A stretch of 36,417 nucleotides of DNA from Vitrella brassicaformis CCMP3155 (Eukaryota; Protista; Chromerida). The DNA is taken from the NCBI GenBank assembly GCA_001179505.1, contig CDMY01000652.1:1-36417 (forward strand). Direction: 5' to 3'. The first letter of the stretch is position 1; every line of letters begins with the position of its first letter. The notes under the pieces are model-generated. The model saw nothing but the letters and a program-made list of their open reading frames with translations. It was not told the origin of the DNA and searched no databases. The position numbers were made by a program, and so were the translations under genes. Shown here piece by piece: positions 1-9,491 of the stretch.

Positions 1-1482
1 GAAGTGATTGCCGACTTCATCCTCGACACTGCCCACGGGCGGCCGACCAAGATCGGCAAGAAGGGGGATGTCGACAAGGTGGAAGAGGTGTCAGGTGTGG
101 ACAGGGAGCGACTGGCGGCGGCGGGCGACGCGGCCAAGGACGAGCAGGGCAGCGGCAAGGCGCCCTCATCCACGGAGGTCGACTACCACGACATGACGGT
201 CGAGGAGTGGCTCAAGAGCGCCTTCAGCGGCTCCAGGCGCTACCTTCAGTACCTCGACGTCTTCGAGGCCAAGTACCCATCCGTCGAGGCCATGGCGCGG
301 GAGAGCGACCTCCGACTCGCACTCGACGTCTGCTAGGTGCGGGATGAGGAGGACTTCAGGCGCCTCCACGACTCATGGGACAGGATGCGCTCGTCCCTCG
401 TCAACGTGTCCAGCTCCGACCAGCTATCGCCACTCAACGGCGCCCCGGCAGCGGCACAGGACGGCGCGGCGACCGACTACGAAGAGGCCATCCGAGGAGC
501 CATCCGCGCATCAGATGTTCCTGAGGAAGCAGTGCCTCTCATTGCCGAGTACGTCGGCAGCTACTCGCAGCTCGAGGCCCTTGTCAACGCCCACTCTATC
601 ACTTTCACCCAAACTGGGGTCCTCTGGGACATTCTGGCACGGCTGCTGTCCATCAAGATAGCCTCTTTCTTCGGCGATCTGGTCCAGGTGCCCGTCCCTC
701 AGCTAACCCAACGAGTGGCCGCCACGGTGGCCACCGGTGCTATGGTGGAGCAGCTGAGGCGGCGGCTTTTCATGCTCGAGTATGGGGGCAGGTGGGCCAG
801 ATGGAGGCCTCACCTAGCGCTGCTGTACCACCTACAAGCCGGGTGGTGTTGCGTGACGAGCACTTCAGTGTGTTCGACAGCAACCAGGCGGCCTTCCTTA
901 TGGCGACTGAGGCGCCTCGCCAGTGGCGAGTACTCAGCCACGGGGTGGACCTTAGAGGGCGGGCGAATTCGGCTCCGCCCTCAAGTTCTTGGCCCTCTTT
1001 CCCTCCAGCACTCACCCAGCGCCATCTTTACCTTTGACGCGGCAAGCCCGCCCACACATGTGCAAAGCGGGGAGGAGGGGTGGGGCTCATTCGAGTACCG
1101 AACCTACGGCTGCGCTGTGGGCTTCATCCTCACTCACTGGCTGACCGCAGACCCAGCGAATGACCGGCCTCATATGAGCTGGCCCATATCGGCTGAGGTG
1201 ACCGGTGTCGCAGCACAGCGAGTTCAGGCTCTGCTGGCCGCCCATCCGAGCATCGGGCTGCAGGGAGTGTTGGAGGTTTTCGACAAGAAGGGGCTGAAGG
1301 GAGGAGAGCACATGCGGATGATCGTATTGGGTGGTGGGGCGCTGGGGGAGCAGATAGCAACCATTGAGCTGTCACAAGGGGGTGGGGAGAGTGAGTGGCT
1401 TGTCAATGTTCGCACTACTGAGCCATGTCCGTATACGAACACACGAAATGGGGTGATAAGTGTGCTGGGGTTCTCGCCATAA
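1..1482 (+). pseudogene. 5'-truncated, intronless, apparently disrupted gene: SAM-like domain followed by a lineage-expanded domain of unknown function
   Basis: Frame +1 is coding-like from base 1 to TAA at 1480-1482 but is interrupted by TAG 334-336 inside a SAM-like segment (MTVEEWLK...YLQYLDVFEAKY...LRLALDVC*VRDEEDFRRL). Codons at about 840-955 read more plausibly in frame +3 (RVVLRDEHFSVFDSNQAAFLMATEAPRQWRVLS), suggesting two compensating frameshifts. Could instead reflect assembly errors. Confidence 0.5.
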
Positions 1483-2366
1483 CACGGAAGCGAGAAGTGG
1501 AGCGAGCGATTAAGGAGCCTTTCATATCGATGCGGACCGACTGACTCACGTGTGATTGTTTTTGATGTCTCGTGAACTCACAAGGCTTGAATCGGGTCGT
1601 GTGTCTGTGTCTCTACACGTGAAGGCTGGAATCGATTGGAAAACTTGGTATGTGTAAGACTTCCATGCATTTCACACTTGATTGTTGTCGTCTCTATGCG
1701 TGTGTGTGCTGTTCGCAAACACACACACACACACTGCCTGCTAGTTACACACGACAGATGAATGGAAACGTGCCTCAGAATATATCACACACTCACCAGC
1801 TCCTTCCCTCTACAGCAAAGAAAAAAGCAATCGTTTCCTGACTCGGCTGTGTGCATGTCTGGCCACTCGCCCCCCCTCGCTGTAATGGTACTCCATTATT
1901 GCAAGGTGATATAACGACTGTGTAGACAAACAATCGTGGCTGCACAATAAAGCCACACACACTCCACACACACGTGCATTCACCTCGTGCAAGCGCACTA
2001 ATGGTACAGTGTCACTGACTTGACATGGACCACGTCAGATGCACTCGGTGTGTTGCATGTGCCACCCACTTGATCGCTGGCTGCTTGATAAACAAACTTG
2101 TCCATCCACATATGTAGATACACACACGTATACACATCGATGTATGTATGTATGTATGTATGTACTCACAGACAATGGATGGACCATCCAGCCATCTCTC
2201 TATCCCGTGGGCCACGGGCCCCCCTTCTCCCCCGCCCCCACCCACCCTAGCAACAAATAATAAAGACACCCATCCCATCGACCAACGACCGACGAAGGAA
2301 GGCACAACCGAAAACCTTCTCGCCTCCCCAGCCGCACCGCAGCACGACACAAGTCACACTACACCC

Positions 2367-4899
2367 TTACCAGACTCTGCTGGGCGGAACCCTGGGCTCC
2401 ATCAGGCCAGGAGCGAACTCAGGCAGCACCGTCCCCGTGTGGGCGCCCCTTGTCGGCTGTCTCGACGTGGCGCGAGTGGTGCCCTGTGATGCTGACGCTG
2501 ACGCCGAGGCAGGGGCATCACTCTCTGGCCGGACCTTGACGACGGCAATGGGTGTGGCCTCGACCCACTTCTCGTGTGCCGAGTGGCGGATGATCTTCAT
2601 GACCCGCTCGATGGGTTTTCTGCATAATGGGCACTCTGGCTTCACTTTGTGCTTGCGCATGTGCTTGGACTTGAGGGGCAGCTCGATCAGCTCCACGGCA
2701 CACTCCTCACATAACCTGCCCACACAGCAATAGTTCTCAGGTCGGTTCTGTGGCCCCTTTATCCCGTACTCACTCACCCTCCGTGTCCACATGGCAACAG
2801 CAAGGTCTCTCTCGGCGCATCGAAGCAGATGGTGCACTGCGCGCCGGTATCCAGGTCGCCCATGGTGTCGTCGTGTTTATACCTCTCCACCTCATCCTCA
2901 CCGCCGCCACCCTCCTTGCCGATCACACGAGCACACGTGTCCGGCGATGTCGGCCCCTCATCCGAAATCGATTGGCCGGCTCTCGCGCTCGTGCCATTGC
3001 TGGCAGATGCAGCTTGGCCATCGCCGCTGCTGGAAGCGGCCACCGGGGCGGCAGGTGAACCGCCTGCATACACAGACAGACAGACAGACAGACAGAGAGA
3101 CACCCATCAGAATGTTCGGTGTGCCGTTGTCCGCTTCAGCCCGCATACCTTTGTTGCCGATGACGACTGGTGCTGCGCTAAGAGTGGCGTCCGATGACAT
3201 GCCCGAGTGCTGCCTGGGTGTGTCGTTGATTGAGAAGGATGGGTCGGGGGGCGTGGAGGCGATGAAAGAGGGGGAGGGCGACACACCGTCTCTGGCGCTG
3301 CCTCGCCGGGAGCGCTGAGAGCGAGATGAAGGGATCTTGAACACCCTGCCGCACACGTGAGACACACACGAATGATAGATAGGATCGTGCTTTGCCGCGT
3401 GTGGTGCTGTCTGTCACTCTTACTTGAAAAAGTGGCTGTTGAGCTGCCTTAGTAGCATGGGTGGAGCGGCGCCTGCATTCACCAAACACGACAGAGCAAA
3501 TCAACACGTCGCGCGCCTCCCCTCCCTTGTGTCTTGACACGTCCGTGCGTACTTGAGTCAGATCGCCCTGGCTGGCCGTTGGTCTTCATGACGTCATAGG
3601 CGGGTGGGATGTCACTGAGGCTCTGTCGACGGCGCTCCCGACGGCTGCGTGAGTGCTGTCGTGGTCCAGGCTGAGCGTTCATGCCATTCATACCCGTCTC
3701 GAGATCAAGGGGAGGGCGCTGCTTGCCTGCAGGCATATAATCGAATACCGGCGGTGTGGTGTGTGGCAGACAGGATGGATGGATGGATGGGCCGGTGAGA
3801 GGTTGTTGACCTACCTGCGATCCAGAGCCCGGCGCAGCAGCAGATGGTTGCCGTGGCAGCCATGAACCCGATGCTCCAAGAAGGAACCAACATGCTTGGA
3901 ACCTCCTCCTTGGAGCCGTCCCTATTATCATCCCTATCACCGGTGTCGCCGTCGTCGTCAGCATCACGATTGCCGTCACGATCAAGCCCCCATGGTGACG
4001 AGAAGCCCCTTCCCTCCAGGTCGCTCGACGACAGATAGTCTGATCGTGCACGGATGGCCTCGAGAGTGTTGTCGCACGTAGTGCCGTCTGCACACTTGAG
4101 GCTGCCCGAGACCAATTTGAGGCCGCAGGTTGTGTTGTTGGCGCCGGGCTTGTCAAAGCCACAGAGGGAAAGGTCGCACATGGTGACTTTGGGGTCACGA
4201 ATCGCGTCGATGGCCTCATCGCCAGAGCCAGGCTGGTCCACCCAATCACGGCATGGGCACACGAGAACGGAGTTCCTGACGGATGGCGGGCTGGGTGCGC
4301 CGCGCAAAGCGGCTGCAGTAGAGGTGACGTTGCGATAGAATCCCCTTATAGGCATGCGGCCACTGTTCGGCTCGTGGAGCTGACACAGGTCGAGGAGGCA
4401 CTTGTAGCTATAGTCCCCCTCAATCACAGGACACTCCCCCCAACCAGCAGGACAGTATCTTGGCCCAGAGATGACTCCGGCGTCCTCGTTCATCCTCGGC
4501 CTGACCTGTGACGCCTGCCCACTGTAGATCTTCAAGTCGCAGGTCTTGGTCACCCCTCGAAAAGAAAAAAACTCGCAAGCGGGGTGCTCCTGACATGCCC
4601 TCTGACACGCGAGGGCGGATGGGAGCCGCTGCTCACGACGGTCGCCGCCCACAAAGCCGATGCCCCGCTGGAAGCACCACGAATCGTCGCTCCCCTCACC
4701 ACCATCGGAACCCGCTACAACAAGGAACACACACACGTTTGACGAAGGACTTGAGTTCATCAGCAAGCAGATCTTTCCTCCATGTTTGTCCATATCACTC
4801 ACTCTGTGCGAGGCTGCTGCTTGCGATGAGGCACAATACAGCCACCAACGAAGGCAGGGGGGCACGCCACAATCCACGAACCATCATGCCGATAGACAT
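2367..4899 (-). CDS. Type I membrane protein: signal peptide + PAN/Apple domain + Cys-rich stalk + TM + cytoplasmic C3HC4 RING (putative receptor-type E3 ligase), about 683 aa
   Basis: Seven GT-AG exons with consistent phases: 4899-4803, 4714-3815, 3726-3553, 3472-3424, 3345-3149, 3063-2778, 2715-2367. Signal peptide MSIGMMVRGLWRAPLPSLVAVLCLIASSSLA. Six-Cys Apple pattern WCFQRG...ACQRACQEHPACEFFSF...TCDLK...SGPRYC. TM SWSIGFMAATATICCCAGLWIA. RING CTICFD-x9-PCGHGGLCEECA...ECPLCR. The final stop could lie further downstream if another intron starts near 2370. Confidence 0.8.
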
Positions 4900-4992
4900 A
4901 ATGTTTTCCAGGTCTCTCGCTTCATGACCAGTATCAAACCGTCTTCCTCGCTCCTCCTGTTAACGTGTTTGCCTGTTCCGGCTTCTCTAGAG

Positions 4993-5033
4993 TTTTGCGA
5001 GCTGGGGAGATGCGCCTTTTCAAGCTCGCAAAA
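4993..5033. promoter_or_regulatory. Perfect 11-bp inverted repeat (TTTTGCGAGCT-N19-AGCTCGCAAAA) in a divergent intergenic spacer
   Basis: Arms at 4993-5003 and 5023-5033, roughly central between ATGs at 4899 (-) and 5111 (+). The repeat is seen directly; function is inferred. Confidence 0.4.
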
Positions 5034-5110
5034 GTGGCGAGCAGAGGGGAAGGGAAAAGGGAGGGAATGGCGTCTGGGAGCCTGGGCAGACTTGAAGCGT
5101 GGAGATCTTG

Positions 5111-7365
5111 ATGAAAAGCGGCAGATTGATGATCACTTCGACACTCATCTGCTTGCATATCGGCAGTGCAGCATCAGGGGAGGCTATTCCTCTCGTCAGG
5201 AGGTCAGCAAGCGTCGCCCCGCCATTCATCCATCGGCTCCCGGCAGACGTTGCAACGCCGCAGTTCTTGCAGAGGACAACTGGTGGCCGCCGGCACCATG
5301 CTAAGAAGCTTCAACCACTTGTCTGGCCCGCAGCCTTGTCACGGCTTTCTGCAAAACCCACACAAGCCGAGCAAGAGCAGCAGACGAAAGCGCCAGACGC
5401 GTCATTCGAGCCCATCAGCAGCACTGACGCCGAGTCGCCAGCGCTCCGGCCTTTCGTGATTCTTGCGGTACTGACCCTGGTCTATCTCTCCAATCAATGG
5501 TCCCGCACTTTGCTTTACTATCTGGTGGATTTCAACGACTCCGTCAGCGAGTCCCTTGGCCCACCCACCGAGGCCGCCAGGCGGCTGATCAACATCGACC
5601 TGGGCTTTGACGAGAAGCAGTACTCCTTCATCGCCTCGTTCGGCTTCACCATCTTCTTCTCGGCAGCAGGCTTCTTTGCTGGTGGACAGGTGGACAAGAT
5701 GAGTCGGAGAGTCGCCACAGGGCTGCCGGCACTCGGATGGGCGGCCATGACGGCTCTTCAGGCTGGGGCGCAGTCGTTTGGTCAGCTGTTTGGCCTCAGG
5801 GTGGGCCAGGGGGTGTTCATGGCATTCACCACGCCCGCTGCTTACGCGCTGCTGGCCGATATTTTCCCCGCGAACCAGCGGGCGACGGCCAACTCCTTCT
5901 ACGTGTCGGCCGTCTATCTGGGGCAGGTCACTCAGCAATTGCACAGCCGCCACACACACTCACTCACTAACAATGAATGGCTGGTTGCTGTGTGTGTTTG
6001 TGGGTGTGGTTGCATGCAGTAGGCCCTTGCCTCGCTGAGTATCCTTCTGAATGAGCAGCTCGGCTGGAGGGCGGTCACGAGTATCGTGGCTGCCTTCGCA
6101 GCGACGTCGGGCATCCTATCCCTCCTCCTGGTTACCGACCCACGTGACGCCACTGCAGGCAGCCAGATGGCGAGAACGATCGACGAAGACAAAGCCGGCC
6201 AGGGGAGGGAGGAGGGAGAAAGGAGAGAGGTGGGCGTGCTGGGCACGTGGGTGGATCAGAGGAGGGTGGTGGGGGAGGTCCTGTCGTCTGATGTCGTGAA
6301 GCTCGTGATACTCGCCTCGGTCGTGAGAATCGCGGCTGGCCTCTCAATCGGCGTGTGGAAGGTCAGCTGGCAACACACGTATCTATGTTAACAAGAAGAT
6401 GTATGTGTCCATGCGATTTGCTGCAACAGGGCCCACTGTATCGCGCCTGCTTCCCCGACAGCATGGCGGCCTTCTCTGTGCTGAATGCTGGCATCGTTGG
6501 TGCCGTAGGGGCGGGGTCTTCTCTGCTGGGCGGCGCTCTTGCCGACAGGCTCGCCGAGAAGGACGAGAGCATCCGCGCGTGGATCCCAGCTGTCGGTAGG
6601 CGGCAGATGCAGAGAGAGAGAGAGAGAGATAGAGAGAGAGAGAGAAGCTAGCCGTGGGTGTTTGCCATGTGTCCCTGCACTTGCTGCACTGTCCATCCAT
6701 CAGGGTCATTCTTGGCTGCTCCGCTGTGGATGGGCGTGTGTCTGGCGGACAGTTTCGAGCTGTCGGCCTTCCTGCTGTTGCTCGAGTATCTTGCCGCGGA
6801 GTGCTGGTTTGGCCCGACTGTAGCAATACTACAGGTGGGCAACACTGAGTGCCTCAATGCCATGCCACCAATGCATTCATTCAATGTGTGTCTTGTCTTG
6901 TGTTTGGTACGTCACCTCACCGGTCAGTCCAACACGCCCAGTCAGTACAGGGGGACGGCACAAGGTGAGGTGCGCACATCCATCCATGCCCCCCTCAGCA
7001 TTGCACGCTGCGTCTGTCTGTCTGTGTGTGTCTGTCTGTCTGTCTGTCTGTTCAGGGCTCTTTCAGTTCAGTAATCTCCTCAGCAACACACTTCCAGTGG
7101 TCAGCAGCCGAGCCACCAAGCCCGAGAATCCTCTCTGCATCCACTGATGTCCTTGCTGCGACGTTCATGTGTTCGTTCATTGCTGCAGCTGCTGGGAAGT
7201 CTGATGACGTCCTTTGCCCTGAAAGATGTGGTGGCCTGGGGGGTGGCTGCCGCCTACATGGTATCCGGCGGCCTCTTTGTGGCATTGGGGCAGAGGATCA
7301 AGGCTGCCACAGCCGCTCCTGGAGGGGGGCGGGTGGATGCGAATATTACCGATGCGACAATGTAG
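5111..7365 (+). CDS. Major facilitator superfamily transporter (spinster-like), possibly with a bipartite plastid-targeting leader, about 569 aa
   Basis: Seven in-phase exons: 5111-5926, 6023-6361, 6430-6595, 6704-6834, 6928-6964, 7056-7099, 7189-7365. MFS hallmarks: GGQVDKMSRR (motif A-like), RVGQGVFMAFTTPAAYALLADIFPANQRATANSFY, GGALADRL, LAAECWFGPTVAIL. About 12 hydrophobic segments. The start may be 5111 or 5129. Confidence 0.9.
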
Positions 7366-7452
7366 TAAGACAATCAGAGGGCCTCACGCAGGGACTCATC
7401 ACTCCTTGATTCATAAGGCAGGCTGCCAGCCTCAGATCTTGCTGTTCTGGGT

Positions 7453-7568
7453 GCGACGGCCCTGTCTTGAGGACTCTGACAGGACTCAGAGTCCTGTCCA
7501 GCTCGTAGCCCTCACGCATCGTCAGCTCCCGGAGGAGATAGCGCATCTGCTGCACCGCCTTCGCCATT
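7453..7568 (-). repeat. Near-identical partial copy of exon 1 (including the ATG) of the large minus-strand gene at 16942-17070
   Basis: 7453-7478 equals 16942-16967. 7493-7568 equals 16995-17070 with 2 mismatches. The 27 nt at 16968-16994 are replaced by 14 nt (ACAGGACTCAGAGT). Confidence 0.95.
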
Positions 7569-7962
7569 CATGTGATTGAGGGAGATCGTAGCCTCTGACT
7601 GCAGACATTCACCGACCGTTGACTTGCTGATTCATGGGTGATGTACAATGTATGCTGTCGTTAAAGACATTCCAAAACCATCCGGTTGGCATGGCTCTCT
7701 TGTGCCCTCCCGACATATATGGGTACTTCGTACGCAAACATTAAATCTGTCATGCAGCACACATCATCACTTGTCTGGCAGTGCCCTACCTGTCTTTTCA
7801 ACGACTGTCAGTGCAAAAGATGACCAGGAGGCTTGAGCATGACTCTGGGTGATGTGCAGCGTCATGCAGACAGGAAAATGTCACAGATCTGTAGTCGGAC
7901 CCCCCAGGATCATTCCGATCGCCGCGCTTCAGCTCGCATCTTCCCCTCCTGTGGTACGCCAA

Positions 7963-9023
7963 ATGCAGTTGTTTCCCAGCCTCTTTCCTCTCTTTGCCTC
8001 CATCCCTCAGCTGTCCCTCTCCGTCGCCCGGCACAAGCATAGATCACACACATCAGCATTCGTCAGTGCCGCCCCTCTCAGGCGCATCCAGGGCAACCAT
8101 CATCACCGCAATGCCATGCCCGACATCTCACGAAGTGCCACCTCCCGCAGCTTGCTCCGCTTCCCGCGCTTCCGCATGCCTTCTCGTCAGCTGCGGATGG
8201 AAATCGATGCAGGTACGGTGCAGTGCGCAGATCTCTCTCGCCTCACATCTCATCCAAGTACACATGTGAGCTGGTCCTGGTGGTGTGCTGTGTGCTGTGT
8301 GTGCAGACTGCTCGTTTTGGAAAGACGGCGCACGTGTCGGTTTCGGGGCGACCAGCACACAAGTTGTGAGCGTGAGGTCCCAGCTTGACACGTGGGAGAG
8401 CTGGTTCAGGTCGCCCGGCAGAGTGTTGGAGGCGCAATGGCCACCGAACCTGTAAGCCACACGGTCGAGGGAGGGAGGGAGGGAGGGAGGGAGAGAAACA
8501 GTCACGCACATATATGCAACCGACGCATTCAATGTCCTTGTGCATGTCTGTGTGCAGTTTGGAGAGGATCGGTGAGGACGGCCAGGGCGAGACCTACCGC
8601 GCCACGCTCTTCTCCATCAGCCTGCTCGGCTTCAAGCTCAGCCCACCCTCCGTCGGGGTCCGCGTCACATCACGTGGGCCGACCGTCATTGTCCAGGCCT
8701 TTGATGTCGACATTCCCGGCGTGCGGCGGGTCCTCGGCAAGCGATTCGAAGAGACCCTGGCAGTGGACATCAAGGGCAACCTCACCTGCACCACGCCCCG
8801 CGAGGCAGTGCCGACCAAAGTCGAGCTGCTGGTCGATGTCGCCTTCAACGCCGAGGCCATCGTGCCGGCGCCCCTTAGCTGGACGCCCGAGACTGCCTTT
8901 CGGCTGGCGGCGACGGGCCTGGCGCGGCAGATCCTGACCTTCAGCCTGGGATCGTTCTCGACACGGGTGGTGGGGGCGTTTCGCGAGTATGAGCGGAGGG
9001 AGGGGGGGAGGGTGACTGTGTGA
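7963..9023 (+). CDS. DUF1997-like protein with a putative bipartite plastid-targeting leader, about 286 aa
   Basis: Three in-phase exons: 7963-8212, 8307-8451, 8558-9023. The N-terminus MQLFPSLFPLFASIPQLSLSVA...SAFVSAAPLRR is followed by an Arg/Ser-rich segment. The C-terminal VPAPLSWTPETAFRLAATGLARQILTFSLGSFSTRVVGAFREY resembles the DUF1997 C-terminus (recalled motif). Confidence 0.7.
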
Positions 9024-9117
9024 CGGACGATGGGTGGGTGCATGTGTGGGGGTAGGGAGTAAGGTGTCTGACTGTACAGGGGACGCTGCGTGTGTGTTTG
9101 TTATGGATAATGCGAGT

Positions 9118-9168
9118 CAGTCTCTCTCTCTCTCTCTCTCTCTCTCCCTCTCCCTCTCTCTCTCTCTC
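9118..9168. repeat. (TC)n microsatellite
   Basis: About 25 nearly perfect TC units. Similar simple repeats occur at about 6610-6645 (AG), 19612-19653 (GTGTT), 21775-21800 (GT) and 24150-24180 (CA). Confidence 0.9.
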
Positions 9169-9491
9169 GTGTTCCTTGACTGGTGCGCGTGTGGTGTTGA
9201 GCCGCTGGTGGTGATGTCGGCCCGAATCCTTCCTGTCTGATGGATTCGCGCACCGTCATACTCAACGAGAAGGAACACACACGGGCCGCAAGACGTCAAG
9301 AAGGGGACGTGTGGGGAGCGTGATGCTGTCTGTCCTCTCGCGTACGTGTGGTGCTCTTGGAGGTCATCGTCGCACGGCGTCCGAATCCTTCATGTCCTGA
9401 AGGATTCGGGGTCCGTGCGGCGACAACCAGCAAGAACACACACGGATGCGCATGACTGTATGCGCTCACTGCACACGACATCAAGAAGGGG
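9169..9491. ncRNA. Candidate structured ncRNA or small non-autonomous element: two diverged tandem hairpin units
   Basis: Unit B has a perfect 12-bp stem, CCGAATCCTTCA (9381-9392) / TGAAGGATTCGG (9398-9409), extended to an imperfect stem of about 45 bp. Unit A (about 9169-9306) shares the CGAATCC/GGATTCG core and the downstream GAACACACACGG and GAC(G/A)TCAAGAAGGGG blocks. Confidence 0.35.

Noticed and set aside
328-336. GTCTGCTAG could be a 9-nt GT-AG intron that removes the in-frame stop
   Set aside because: Far shorter than the introns reconstructed here (about 65-130 nt) and below known spliceosomal minima of about 15 nt; probably coincidence.
334-336. Alternative nuclear genetic code (TAG as sense)
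   Set aside because: Other genes end at TAG (MFS 7363-7365, large gene 10016-10014), and no other reconstructed exon needs TAG read-through.
1650-2350. Short ORFs rich in HTHT/VCVC/TDRQ-type peptides here and throughout the introns
   Set aside because: These are translations of (CA)n, (GT)n, (GACA)n and (GATG)n microsatellites in UTRs and introns.
7374-7598. Weak inverted repeats (TCAGAGG...ACG / CGT...CCTCTGA) flanking the duplicated exon, suggesting Pack-MULE-style capture
   Set aside because: Only 7 bp match perfectly, extension needs several gaps, and no target-site duplication is evident.
9381-9409. tRNA gene suggested by a GGATTCG/TTCG-containing stem
   Set aside because: No cloverleaf, acceptor stem or correctly spaced A/B boxes; the structure is one long hairpin.
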